Program-made: the position numbers and the translations under genes
NCBI GenBank assembly: GCA_965644295.1
Contig: CBFFRP010000236.1
Span: forward strand, 62,001-126,000
Reading direction: 5' to 3'
DNA from: Paraphysomonas bandaiensis
Taxonomy: Eukaryota > Protista > Chrysophyceae
DNA length: 64,000 nt
In this document: piece by piece, positions 1 through 14,000 of the stretch
How the letters are laid out: each line of letters starts with the position of its first letter
Numbering within the stretch: position 1 is the stretch's first letter
The notes under the pieces: generated by a model
Database searches by the model: none
Told to the model about the DNA's origin: nothing
The model's input: the letters and a program-made list of their open reading frames with translations, nothing else

Positions 1-3000
1 GGGATATGATGACGGGAACATATCTGTCTTTGAACCTGGAGAGAGGTTTCGTGCGGTAGATTCGAAGGAAGCCGACAATTCTGAAGACTTGTCAGACGTG
101 CCCTCTCTTGTCTTGCTCTTTCAAGCACACTACCCCAAAAACGAAAAGTCTCCATATGCCCCGATGCAGGTAGTGGCGTGTCCATGGAAAACAATTCCGG
201 GAAGTGTTTATGTATTAGAATTTTTTTCTCTTGGCAGCGACTATAAGCTGGTTCACTGGGGATTGCGATGCAAGATTAATGGGCCCACTGACTCTAGTGT
301 GTCGAATAGCGGCACTGTTGACTTCAATAAATCCGCTTTTGACATCGATATTCTTGGGGTGAGATTTCGTTGTGTTGGATTACTGTATAACTGTTGTCGT
401 TATTGCAGTCATACCAGTTTTCTGTTGATTCTAAAGAGGAAGAGAGACTAGAGCTTGCTGCAAAACAGTACAAGCGTCGTAAAATCAAACAGGCTATCGT
501 TCCGTTCGAGATATCTGCGAACGTGCCGAATGAGAGGTTTTCTCGCCATTCCAGTAGACGAGCTCTTATGTGCTCTATGGGTGGCATGCTTGCCGTATTC
601 ATGCTTCAGCAGCCGGGTAAACTATTGCTATCCTATCAGTCTGCTCAGAAGAATATTTTGTCCTATTGTGTTGGACAGTTTAGTACCCCAACTACTGTAT
701 ATAATAGTAGTGCTAACTCGGAATCTGAATCAATACCCGACTTAGGTTCTGATTCTACTGAAGGTTTGTCGCCTGTTTCGCTTTGTACAATTCCTATATT
801 CACATTTGATCTATTTACTATAGCATATTCTTGTACGAAGAAAACTACGCTGGAAGACACTGTGTTGCTACTCTGTGATGGCATTATCAATGCGTATTCG
901 CTTAAATCTGGAATGAGTAGATTTCAAATGTCTGTTCATCGTGTCCCCGTGGATCTTAACGAAGACAACATTAACAATGGGAAGTCATCTGACCCTATGG
1001 CTGTCACTAGACCACTCAAGGAATCAACTGGCTACAGGAGCCTGAAGGGTGTCGTTGTGCCGCTTAAGCAGGGGGACCCATGTTGTGTGCACTTTTCGAA
1101 ATATTCTCAGCACGTTATTGTTGGGTATTCAGACGGAAATGTGAGTCTATTTACGATGGATGTTCCTCATGCGCCTCACTCGCCCAGTAAACCGATGAAG
1201 TCGGTGATTCCATCGCACTGCTATCGACTAAATACGCAGAGTGTGCACAGTTCTCCTGTGACAGTGCTAACTTCTATACCCAAAGAGCATGAAGTACGTG
1301 ATGCCACACAAGACTCTATTTCCAATCAGCATTCCTGGATTGTTGTTGCTGATAACGATGGAATTATGTCGTCCTGGAAAATTTTTCATAAAGATAGTTC
1401 AAGGTAAAACTCGTCATTGTGTGAGATATTTCCTTAATTTGTACTAGGTCAAAATCGGGAGCAAAATTAAGCAGCTCAGTTCAAGCACACAAAAATGGAA
1501 TTGTTCAGATTGAGACTGTTAATATTATACATGCCGTTGCCAACGCTTCAGTGCCTCCCCTTGATGTTAAAGTAGGATATTCCCTCCTTATAACCGCTTG
1601 TGTGGCTGGAGAGATAAAGGTTTGGAGCATTTGTGGAATAACAGGAGAGTTGGCTTGGGTGGGCGGATTGGATAGTAGAGTAAAACTTTCGAGTATTTCT
1701 GCCATTTCTCTTCAATCTGTCAGTCATCAAAATAATGATAGCAATATGAAGAGTAACTGTGACACTAATGGCGATAGAAATGATAAGAATGAGGAGGAAT
1801 CAGACCAACAAGCCGAAGAATTTAATGTTATGTGTACCTCCGGTCATAGCAATGGTAGATTAATAGCCTGGATATTCTCAAGCAACATTAAGAACACCCG
1901 TGATAGTCCGACTTCTGTAATAGATGCACATTCTGGGCCCGTGATAGCTATTCATGCCCTCAGCAATGTACCTCAGTTCAATTCGTTTGCTGACACTGGC
2001 AGTTCACACAACATTGTTCGGTACATGATTTCTGCGTCTTGTGATGGTAGCTGTTGTTTATTTGGCGTGACGAAATCAGCATGCATTGTTCCATTGCATC
2101 AGTATTTTGCTCCAGGTCCAACGAAGGGAATATCGGTATCCTACAATAATAGCAGTTCAAATTCTTACGCTACCGAAGTCGAAATATTTCAGGTGAATCA
2201 GTCTAATGTGACGTCATTTATTGCTTGTGCACCTTCGGCACTTTCTTCAGCTATTCCATATCGGTGGAGGGAATCCTCAGCTCCAATTGATATGGCTCTG
2301 GTTCATACTATTGCTAAGCCTACTAGACCCAGTAGCGGATCCTCTGTTGATTCTGCAAATTCTCTTAAATCTATCGTTGTTGGGTCCGCTGAATATCCTA
2401 TTCAACAAGTTCGAAAGGCATCTTCTTCTTCCATGCCGAATGTATTGTTAGAGTGGGATGCGGAAGCAAATACGGTATCACCTTCGCCGTATATCGTTGA
2501 TGCTAGGAAGCATGACTCAATGGTGTCGCCGTTGAATACTCCTACCTCTCAAGACAGTTTCTCTTTAGCATCGCTAGGACAATTGAAGGGAATGAAAATT
2601 GGTCACTTGTCATTAAAAAATTTAAAAGAGATGACTTCACGAGAGATTTGGAAGGCGGACAACAACAGAGACTTTGAGAGTAGATATCAGAGAAAAGAAG
2701 AAATATATGATCAAGATGACGTTGTGGTAGAATCTGGCCCCCTGGCATCGAAGACTGGTGTCGAGAAAACATCATCATGGAATTTTACTCTGGGGGTGAG
2801 AACTGAACTTCAATTTGCGAAAAAAGATAAAGACTTGTTGGACTATTTCCGGCAAAATTGTATCGAAGCCAAATTTCCACTTGAAGTAGTGACTGCACGT
2901 GATGCTGCGGAAGTCCTTGACCGTTGGATGGCCAAAATAATTGAAAACAACACTACAGGAGATACGATTACAAAGAAACAGGTTTTGGATATATTTTCGG

Positions 3001-6000
3001 TCCTCGGAGTGAAAGATGACGACTTGTTAGACTTCATCAAGGTCGCTAAGGTTGGAGCGGTTTTAGCCTCAATGCACAAAAATGCATCCAAAGTAGATCA
3101 ACCCTTTCTGGAGCACGGAGTATTCGCATCAAAGAATCGTCTATCGAAGAAATTTTGTCATATGAAGACATCATCTACACTTGTGACCTACAATTCAATG
3201 GGCGAGAAAGTGGTTCAGAAACGTGACTTCAGCAAGCAGTCCGTGGATGGTATACCAAAGGGATACGCAGAAACAATTCGGAAGCTCTGGAAAAAAGAGC
3301 CCCCACGTGTTCCGTATCACGTAAACAAAGCGACGATGATATCACCGCTGCAAACAGGAGTGATGATGCGCGAAGTCCCCTACCATATTGCTCCTCTTCT
3401 GTACAGACGCACGAAACTCCCCAAGGTTTGGTCGCCTGAGCTTACACACTACTTTGATGTGCGTCGAACTGTACGTGTTTCAAGAACCTTGTTTGATATG
3501 AGACAAAGCGCACAGCAAAGCTATCTATTACGAGTGAGAGATGCTAATGGGCCTGTAGATCGTGCGCCATCTTTGACGTCGCTGATGATGACATATTTTG
3601 AACGCAACTATGGAGCGGGTGAAGGCTGGAACATCCCTGTGGCACACACTAAAGTTGTACATTACCTGGAAGCACTCTGTCAATATTCAGAATACGCCCT
3701 TCTTAATTGTATGAGATTCTTCTTATTCTCTGAAGAAAATCAATCTGACCCTATGATTTCTATACAAAAGTATGAGTGGCTCTATGTTGAAGCTAGGAAG
3801 TGGTTATTCAACCATTGTTCAATAATCAATGGTGGAGACGTCACAGCATTGCAGAGCACCTCATTATCAATTCCATCTAGTGAATTACATCATGCTGGGC
3901 AGTATCTAGAACCCTCCATCGGAACTGTGGCGTCATCTACAGGGGGAAGCGGGCCAAAGTTGCACTGGGTATTGATAAAAAGGAGCGATGCCATGATGTG
4001 TGCAGATGAGATGCTGAGACAGAGAGGGTGTTATGGTCCTGCAGTGGTCGATAATATTCTTTCTGTGCTTGACAGTGTTCTTTCTCCTGCCTCCCCCAAT
4101 ATGGATTTCGACTATGACAGCGATATTCCAGTAAGTGAAGATTATGTTGATCTCGAGCAATTTCTTGAGGCACTTACATTTGAGACAAGGAAGCATGACC
4201 AGGATTTGGTGGATACGAAAGATGTTATTTTTGGGGCAAGTGCTGCTCCGCGGACTACCATACGTTCATCGATTGGTTCACGCCCTAGAAAAGTTCAGTC
4301 AGGATCACTGGAAGTTCCCCCCTCATCTAGTGGCGATGCTATCAGTTCAGGAAAGGTCGTAATTCGTCGTACAGATTCCTCAGTGTCTACCATGGTATCT
4401 ACTCTGTCAGCTTTACAAGATCTATTTCAGCTTTACATGGCTTATGACCCCTCAAGGTCTGGGTTTATTGGTTCCGACGCCTTCCGTGCATGTACAATAC
4501 AAGCGTTACATACAAGTATGACTGATGATGATGTGGAGGCAGATGTATACTATAGAGAGCAAGACAATAAAGAAATACTTGTGCGTCAGTGTATAATGCG
4601 ATTTTCGACTGGGGAGGGGTCTGATTCCATTGGTTATATAGATTTTGTTGCTCTTTGTTTGTCATATCTGATCCAACAAGTTGATAGAGTTCATCGATTG
4701 CATAGCAGTTGGATGTTGAATGCCCTCAGTTCAATTAGGAGAGGAATTGATCGAGATCAAGGTAAAGCTCTTTTACATTTTCTAGCCAAAGCACAGGCAT
4801 ACCCAGCTAGCAAAGATTTATTTTGGATGTCTCGCCAGCGATCAATTGATGCACCCGCATCGTCGATGTACAGTACTGAGACATCGTACTACAACGGGCT
4901 GATGAGGGTACGCTACATGCCTCCTCCACTTCTTCCGCCAACAGTGCCCGGATTTTTTGGGGAAAGAATTCCAGCTGGTGGTGGTATCAGCTATGCTGGG
5001 GAATGGAGCGTAATGGGTAGCTTGCCAGCGTCAAATGACCCCGGTTTGTTGACGATTAAGAAGATTATACCCAGCGCATCAACTACTGCTGCGGAGGTGT
5101 CACTTGGTGTAGATGGGACTGCGTGGAAAACCCAAGTAAAAACTAGTGTGGATAGTAATTTGTATATTGAACCGAAAGTTTCGGATACAAATCGAACAAT
5201 GAGTACACTTCACGGTGAAGTTTATCGGGAGCATTACTGCCCGCGACAATCGAAATCACCTGCACCCATATCTTCTGCTGACCTCACAGATACAGTTTTG
5301 GAGGAGGGTACTACAGACCACACAGATGTGAATAATCTTACTTCCTCGAGTCGATTTGCTCCCAGTGGAAGTCAGATAATAGATGGAGTCCGTTTAGATA
5401 ATGATGCCCTTGATTTATCGCTGTTTGAGTATTCGCTGGACTCGGGTATTCCTTGGAAACCGGTTAGTTTGAGAATTCCATCGCATGATTTTGCCAACAT
5501 CGACAGTGACGTGTCGTTGAATTCGCTGACGACTAACGTGGAGTCTATCGATAGTAAGAGTGCACGCAGAGAATGTCTTGAAGAAATTCAAGAATATAAG
5601 AAAAACAAAAAAAATCGTGTTGAGGAAGACAAGCGTCTTATGCAAGAGCGAACGCACACCGCGATTATGGAGGCACGACGCAAAAGGGATTTAAAGATGG
5701 AGGGATCTGGGCTGCTTCATCATGACACAACTGTTAGTTTGGGGAGCGGAAACGTTTCTGACGTCGTGAATTTGCACTGTAAGATTGCGGATGTATACCC
5801 CCCAGGATTCGAAGAGAAAGTTGTTGCTGAGTCTTTGGACGAGTTTGACAATATGAGGAAGATGGAGGAAGAGATGATGCGCGAGCTCGAAGAGTTAGGA
5901 CTAAAAAATTCTCTTCGTATGCACCAGAAGTACATGGAGCAGCGGGCCCTGAAGAGAGAAATGAGGGCCAAGGAGCTGGAGTCTCTGCGCTTGAAGGAAG

Positions 6001-8740
6001 AGGCTGATGAAGAGCGCTACCGTCGTAACCAAGCAGCCAGAGAACTTCAGGAGCAGGCGAGATTAAAAGCGGAGGCGGACAGGGTGGCAGCTGAGGAAGA
6101 GTCTCGAAAGCGTCAAAATGAAATCCGCGAGGCACGGGCTGCACAAGAGCGGGCGAAAAAAGAAAAAGAGGAGAAGGACGCTGAGCTACATCGGGAACTG
6201 CTGGAACTTCAGGCAATGCGACGGGAGGAGAAAGTGAGCATATCCTACGAGCAGGCTGTGAGAGAGCAGCTTGCAAGGTGAGTATTTTCAAACCCAATAT
6301 TGGAGTACCTTAAAATGCGTGATCGTAGAGAGGAAAAGATCCGACTGGAAAAAGAGGCGAAGGAGGAAGCTGCTCGCGAAGCAGAAAGATTGAAGCTCAT
6401 AAAAGAGGAAGAAGAGAAGCTGGCTCGCGAAGCCGCGGAGAAGGCAAAACGTGAAAAGGAGGCATTGATGTTGGAGAGACAAAGAGAGACGCAGGAAGGC
6501 TTCGAGATGGTGCGACACGATATCAACGTTAATCGTCAGATCCACCCTGCAAATAGTATGGAAAGCGAAAATGATATCATCGAGAGGATGAAGTCCGATC
6601 ACGCACCGTCTGTGCAAGGGGAAGATGAAGAAATTGCAATAGAAAACAACATCTCGAAAGATGAACAAGAATGCGAAATCGAAGAGAATGAAGCAAAGAA
6701 GAGGCTCAAAGCGCTTATCAGCAATTTGGAAGCCACAAAGAATGGCCAGAAACATCACCCCCGCAAGAAAGATCGAAAATACTTTATGCCATTAGCTTTT
6801 GGTGATGATTTTAGTTTCGATCCGTTTTCTCTTCCTGTTGTCAAAGGAGGACCGCCAAACCTCAGAGATGACAGTGACGAAGACACGCCTGAGTCAGGCT
6901 TTAAAGATATCACACGTACGATTCGTGAACGGAAGGTGCAGCTAGAGAAGAAACGACTGACCCAATTGTACCAACTCAACAATCCCGACGTTCCTCCTAG
7001 TGAGTGGACACCAATGTTTAGACTTGACCCAATAGATTGGGTAGACTTTTTTGAAGATGAGTATCAGTATATAATGGAAGAATTTGGCATCAGGCAATCT
7101 ACTCCGGACATGACAGCAGAAGTACTGCGCGGTTTAAAGCGAGCTAAAGATTCTGCGGGTTTTGGATCGAAAACTGGTCAGGTTATTTCAACTCGAAGTA
7201 TGGATGGAGCCACATATATACTTGGAAACTCTACTGGCCAGGTTGCTCGAGAAGCATTGAAAAAAGAACTGGTACCATTACCATTTGGTCGAGTACTGAA
7301 GCGGTCCCTAGGATGTGGGTGTGATCACTACTTTCAGGTGCGCCTAGTTTGTGTTGGTTTTAACGTCTAACACTTTTCTTTTAGATTGAATTGGCTGACT
7401 TAACTTCGATATTAACTATCGAGTTGAGTTGTAAGGAAGGAGGAAATGAAATAGACATGGACTTATCATGCACTGGGTATTTTCCATCTCCAGTAAAGCA
7501 TGATATTAAATCATCGAAGTATCACGCTCAGAATCGACAAATAATTGCCTTTCAGCCTTACAGTACAAATAACGAGGAAGACTTCCTCCGAGCTGCAGAA
7601 GTTGATCCCTGCGATACTAAAACTTTTATCCTTGGTGTACACCACAAGCCGAATTCTTCCATCGAGATGATACCGTACACTCTTTGGGCCATGGCGTCAG
7701 CAAAACCGAGAGACTCAGAACATATAGCTAATGTTTCGAAATCAATAACATTTTTCGAAGCACTCATTGAGCATGATTCTGATGACTTGTGGAAGAATTT
7801 GCCTAAATATCAGAGGATCGCACAGGAAAAAGCTGATGCTATAGAGCGACGGGAGAACAGTTTAAATCGCCACGGGATTGACTTGTCGTCATTAAACACC
7901 ACTGTAAGTCCCCCTCCGAAGCCATCAACTTCATCGCCGAAGACGAGAACCTCTCGTAGAAGTAGTACGATGTCTCGCCGTAGAGCTAGTACACAAAGTA
8001 GCAGCGGTTTGACCTCGCCTCTTGAATCTACTCGAAGCATGTGTCCGTCAGATTTCTCAGATCGACCTCCCTTGGAAACCGAACAAGAAAAAGATATCAA
8101 AAGTTTCGAGACTTTCATTGCCAAGTCTGGTCGCATGAAAATGAAAAAAGATATAGATATGATGAAAAAAACAGGGTCTCTTAGTCACAGTATTGAGAGT
8201 GGAAAGAGTAGATTGGCATCACCTGTAAATCCCAATATGCACGCTGATTTGTTTGTGCCATCAACTATTGAAGATATAGCCGGAGTGGCATCAATAGATA
8301 ACCTGGATGAGAATGAAGCAAGCGATAAGAATCAAAGTTGTGATGCCCGCGAAATACAGGATGAAGGTGAGCTGGGTTCAATATCAGTGCTTTCGGACGT
8401 TAAATATGGTAAGCTTGTTCGGTTGCATGTATGAAATTTTGACTTTATGATTGCAGTGGCAAGGTCTCCACGCCACAACCCGGATAATGACATGTCAGAA
8501 CAGAGAGCTATGCAACAGTCGGAGAGCCTGCCAGTATTAATGCAAAGCTCCGTATTGCGTAGCACTAAAAGTCGTGGCGAAGCACATGCGTCATCTCTGG
8601 GCGACTTGACTGCCTCAAATCACATCCAGTTTCCTTTTCTCGGTAAGACTGCAATCGGGAATAAGCCAATGAAATCAAAATCGACAAAGAAACCTAGATT
8701 TTTGGACCCGAAGCCTATTGTGTATACGACGAGAAAGTAG
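1..8740 (+). CDS. Large WD40-repeat / EF-hand / charged coiled-coil (SAH-like) protein, 5'-partial, >2,830 aa
   Basis: ORFs 89-451, 394-1407, 1551-6281, 6300-7370, 7391-8434 and 8447-8740 join in frame through GT-AG introns 359-408, 1404-1447, 6278-6328, 7338-7384 and 8409-8456. The frame is open from base 2 (GYDDGNISVFE). WD40-like motifs: VGYSDGNVSLF, ACVAGEIKVW, AHSGPVIAI..SASCDGSCCLF. EF-hand-like YDPSRSGFIGSDAF. E/R/K-rich helix at ~5860-6500. Confidence 0.85.
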
Positions 8741-9287
8741 TCCGATTTAGCCACGAAATTAGAAATTAGTAATGTGTTTGTGCGTATTGTGTTGTGTAGT
8801 GTGTTTTGTAAATTATTTAATACCAATGTGAATTCAATTTTTTGGTTCAATTTGCACATGGTTATTTGAAGTGACGTTAAACGCAATACTTCTTTCTCTA
8901 CAATAGTGGTATAAAGGTTCTGATGTATTTTACATTGCAGACTGCATTTTCAAGTGTATATGTCATATATGTTATACGCTATACGGTGCACAACCTACAA
9001 AAATAGGGAGATGTCTTATTCTACGCTATTCACATTTGGGTCTTTACTGAGAAGATTGTAGTGTTCTCAACAGCTATTCGCTATAATCTTCGCGCTGCAT
9101 ATCTAACTGATAACAAATAAAATTAACAAGAGAATCGAATAGTTTAGTGCTTTTATGTGTAGACTTATTCATTAGGGCAGTATTTCTTACTTCTTGAAGA
9201 TCACACAGAAAACTCCGCCGTATCAAACATTACTCACCAATATAAAGAACACAGGATAAATGAACACTCTAACTAGATACCTGGTAC

Positions 9288-10375
9288 CTATTTAACCTTC
9301 TTGAACAAGATATCTCTATACCTAGACCAGGGTTCCTTCAAAGTTATGGAGAAGGCAATGTAGGCTTGTCTGAGCTCTTCTCTATTTTTCGATACGTGAG
9401 GGTGAGGATGACTCTCTAGCATATATGCTATGGCAGTGAAATATTTGTACACGCTGCGTATAGCCTTGTCTATTCGAGTTGATACCACCTTTTGGTGAGT
9501 CCATTCAACCTTATTCAATATTTGCAGAAGTGTCTCCATATAACCTCGACAGTCAAAATCCTCACTGGAGAGCCTCTGAAGAAGGGTGTCATTAGCACTA
9601 GAATCAGTCTCGTCCCATTGGCAATGTGACAGAGATGTGTGGACCTCCTTGGCAAGATCGTACATCCATCCACAGAGTAACTCTACTCCCTGGGATGTGT
9701 AGAAATCGGAGAGGCATGGAGGAACAGGTGAGTTGGACAAGGTACGGGAGAGTACCCGCACAAACTTGTAGCGACTGTTCCTCGTACATTTACCTGACAT
9801 GTACTGCACAATATCGGGGTGCGATGAGAAGTCCAGTAATAGCTCCGTATCATCTGATGCCTCACTGGTGGCTGGACTGTGCATTGTGTGGGACTGACTT
9901 GATGGCAAATTACGGCTCTTCTCGAGTAATGGATCGCTTCTTATCGAAGACTCAACACCCTATATTAATGAATGAGTTATGAAAATTCAGTATGACGTAA
10001 ATGTCATACCTTTCCAATGCGGTTCTTATGCATATTATCGTTAGCAGGAAGACTTTTATCCATAAAACTTGGAAAAGTGGAAATAAACTTATGAGTGGCT
10101 TTAACGGCTCGCTTTCTTTTATTTCTCACTTTAGTTATCGTATTAGTACGTTTTCTACTAGAAGATACGACATCAGTTAGTGATGTTTGCCGTTTACGGC
10201 TACTACATGAGTCACTAGCAGTGGAGGGGATCCCTGTATAGTTATTACTACTGTATGTAAGACTACTATCAGGCTCAAGTAAATTTAAGATCTTATTGAT
10301 CTTTTCTGATTGAGATTGAAGCTCTTGTCTTTGTAGAAGAAGCTGAGTTTCTAGGCTCTCTATTCTAGATAACAT
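9288..10375 (-). CDS. Hypothetical nuclear protein (~345 aa): N-terminal coiled coil, basic NLS, TFIIS-N/LW-like domain
   Basis: Exons 10375-10010 and 9959-9288 joined by a phase-0 GT-AG intron 9960-10009. The motif GVELLCGWM...LLQILNKVEWTHQKVVSTRIDKAIRSVYK resembles the TFIIS N-terminal (IWS1/PNUTS/Med26) fold. NLS-like KVRNKRKR. The 3' end is uncertain. Confidence 0.65.
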
Positions 10376-11073
10376 GCGTGTGTATGTATGTATGTGTGTG
10401 TGTATGAGGGATTATAGAGACTGTATAGGGGGGATATAGACACAGTTAAGAGGATGAGATATAGTCATAGAGAGGAGATGATTGAGGGAAGGAGAGGGGG
10501 GTGATTTAGTGAGGTAGGATGGTGTTTAATGAGACGAGATGAGTGTGTGTGTGTATGTATATGGAGTGAGAGGGTTTGATATTTGAATACTACAGATATA
10601 TACAGTACGTATACCATATGAGTACATGAGGACTCCTGGTACAGTAGTGGAGTACATCAGGCTGGTACTATACATACCTACCTACCAGACTGCTGTACAA
10701 GCCTGCTGTACTACTGTACTGTCCTCTACAGCAGTACATGACTGGACAGCAGTGATATATTGGGATAAACAGGCTCCTAGTATACTCTCATTGGATGGTT
10801 TCAGTGCGATGAGGTGTGTATTATTGGGGTAAACGAGTGTTTCCTGTAATCTGATTGGATATGCGGTGTGGACATGTATGTATGTGTATGTATGTGTATG
10901 TATGTGTATGTATGGACTGCTGTGTATATATATATATATGAGCCGGGCAGTTGATCAACTAGGAGCGATATCATCCCTCACAAGTGATACATACACACAT
11001 TACATACACAAACCATTAACAATCTTCTCACTCATACAGGGGGTGCAATAACTCCCCTATAAGACCCATATCC
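10376..11073. promoter_or_regulatory. Divergent promoter region (TFIIS-N-like gene / Trm3)
   Basis: ~700-bp head-to-head gap with TGTA/TACA tracts and CTGATTGG (reverse CCAAT) at 10851-10858. Confidence 0.5.
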
Positions 11074-14000
11074 ATGCAAGCCCATATAAATAGACTCAGT
11101 GATGTGCTCACTCAGTGCCCAGTTTTGGACAAGGACTATACAACATCATGGGAACTAGCTAAAGCACAAGTACAAATTCTATTTGCAAATCCTAATCCAG
11201 AACTATATGACGATGCTATAGCTGTATTCACGAACTGTGATAATGGCTTTTGGCATTGTCTGATATCTGGATCACTGCTCGTCACGCACTTTATCCCTAG
11301 AGACGAATGGAAAGAGCGATTTATAGCAGAATACTCTGATTTTTTATGTGGAACTTTTAAATATACAGTGTGCTCGGCAGATTTTATTAGAGCCCATTCG
11401 TATTTGACTCTACGGTTGCTGCTTGATGATGTCATCGCACGGGAAGCATCGTTTGTATTACTAAAGACTGTGTTGTCGAATATAGTGAGCAATGACTCGA
11501 CTCTATACACTAAAATTTCCAGCGCTGAGCCCTCCGTTAGTAATATTTTTGAGTGGTTGTCTAATATTATTCAAGCAGCAAGCATTGACAATCGGTTGAA
11601 TAATATACTCGTTACCGAAAACTTGGACATACTGGGTTATCTCCGTTCAGCTATTCACAGCTCACACGTGTCTCACCGCAGCTACTTGTCTAAGCTACTG
11701 CTTGTACCATATATCAAGCTTTCGTCGTGTGGATCTACAAGCCTTCATATCGACGGTCTTCTAAAATGCTGGGATGGATTGTGTATAGACTTGTGGCGCT
11801 CCGGAGATCTCGACACTGCTTCAATTGTCGCATGCGCACTTGTGGAGGCCCTCAGCGCCCAAGCTCCAGAGTATCTGGCGCATCTGCAAAGAGATGAGAG
11901 TGTTACTATTTGGTCGTTTATATTGTCATGTTTAGAGTCCGAAAGTATGCTAGTAGTACGAAAACGAGGTGCGCATATGCTTCACAAACTCCACTTGCTT
12001 TCTCCTGACACTAGGGGGTGGTGTAAGCCGTATATTGATGTATACACACAGCTCGAAGGGTGCACATCTATGCACTTAGTTGCTCAGGTATTTTTATCTA
12101 TGTATGAAATGTATATAATCATTTTGTTAGGTGTGGGATAAACTCAATGACCTTATTGTCATGTCGTCTCCGTCCCCAGAACAGGCCGATCCATCACATT
12201 CTCTATGTTCTGCTCCAGCTCTAACTTTTCCTTGGATAAAAGTTCTACTTCGATGCCTTCTAAGCTCTCAACAGCTTCCAATTAAAAAGAGTTTTATTCG
12301 CAAAATTCTGTCCGGAGAACTTCGCCTACCGATCACGGTGGATTCAATCGAGTGGGTGTGCTATGATTTGCTGATGGCTATGGACAGTCCGGCTTTTTTC
12401 TCTATGTCTTTTGAATCATTTAAGGAGGAAGTAGACTGGTTAAAATTGAAAAAGGATGGAAACCAAGTTAAAATTTTCGATGCTCTTGTAGTACATACTG
12501 ATGCTGAAAGTGTTGATCCCGAAGATGAAGGTCATTCTGTAACCACTAAGCATCCCGGAGTGATCCTTCCGTTGTTTTTGGGAAACTGGATAATTTTTCT
12601 CTGCGAACAACACCGAGTACTTTCAGACACAGACGCAGAGGATTCCTCTATTAATCGTCTGAATTATCTTATCACATTGCTCCTGAGTACTGTTTGTGGT
12701 AAACAGGGTGGAAAATGCGCGTACACCTTCAAATCTCTATCTGCGATCAAGTGGGTATTTCGTGTGTTTTCCTATAATATAGTGCAGCAGTGTATGCTGC
12801 ACGCCGGGCAACCGATATGCTCTATTGGATGTACTGGCCTCATATCAATGCTAACATTTATAAAGGTAGGATACGTATTGCTGTTTTTGTCAGGTATAAT
12901 GTGACTTTGTGCCAGGAGAAATTTTTTTCAATGAGTCGAATAATTACCGCCCAAGTGTACCAAGGCTTAGTACCTCTTCTTCTTAACACGAAGTATAGTC
13001 CATATGAGGGGGCTCCAGATGCAGAATACACGTACGCTCCTGTTGATCGCTTACGTATGTTTCTGGAGCTGTACCACACCATTGGCTTGAGAAATATTTT
13101 GCTAACAGAGAGTAGTTGGGTACAACTTAAGCGGACTATTCTCGACTGCGTAACCCCTGTAGGTAATTCTGATACAGCAGAATCCGCCTTTAAAACTATA
13201 GTTACGTCCAGAAAAGACGCTGGGTCTATCGCGGTTTGTTATGGCATTGTGGGCATACTGTGTGGAGACATGAATAGTAATAGTGAGGCTGAAGTTAGAA
13301 TCTTGGGATCAGTTACGGACGAACTGATGGGCAATGTGTGTCGTCTGTACAGTACACCTTACATGCCGTTACACGATCAGTGGAACTCTATATGGTTCTT
13401 GAAAAGTGCACTAGACTTCCTGTTGCCAATCTACAACGTTGGATCGCTTCGTCAAGGAACTTCTACAGATCGTGACATGTGGGTATATTCTAGCTCCTAT
13501 TCAGGTACGGATTTTTCGTTTTGTCTCTGCTGGTAAAATAATACTCTGTAGGAGGTGGCCAATATCTTCTGACGGGTATATGCACCAGTGCGTGTAATAT
13601 TATCTCTTTTGTAAAATTCGCACTTCTTGGCTGTTTATCTTGCTCATATTCTACGAATCAGTCAGACTGCTTGACAACACATATGCTCAAAGTAAACACT
13701 GTACAGGAGGCTTGTGTACTCGTGGATATAATGTGTGGGGTTCTGCTGCTTTCCTTTTGTTCTGCAGATGTGTCTATGCTTGAATATCGAAGTGCTCTCT
13801 CCGTAGTTATGTCTGGGCTAAATCAAACTACATCTATATTGAAATCTTTGCGTGAGACTAGCGCTGCGGAGCCATGGGTGCTATTCCTTGGGCAATTGAT
13901 AGCCTCACGCTTGGTACACTCCCTAAGATGCACGTTGTATATAGCTGATCAAGGCATAAGCGAAATGAAGAGGGAGAAATCGTTGAGTCCTCTTGACTAT

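Noticed and set aside
9979-10009. Hairpin GTATGAC...GTCATAC at an intron donor (Introner-like or splice-regulatory)
   Set aside because: It is only a 7-bp stem, is not shared by other introns in the window, and no repeated intron sequences were seen.
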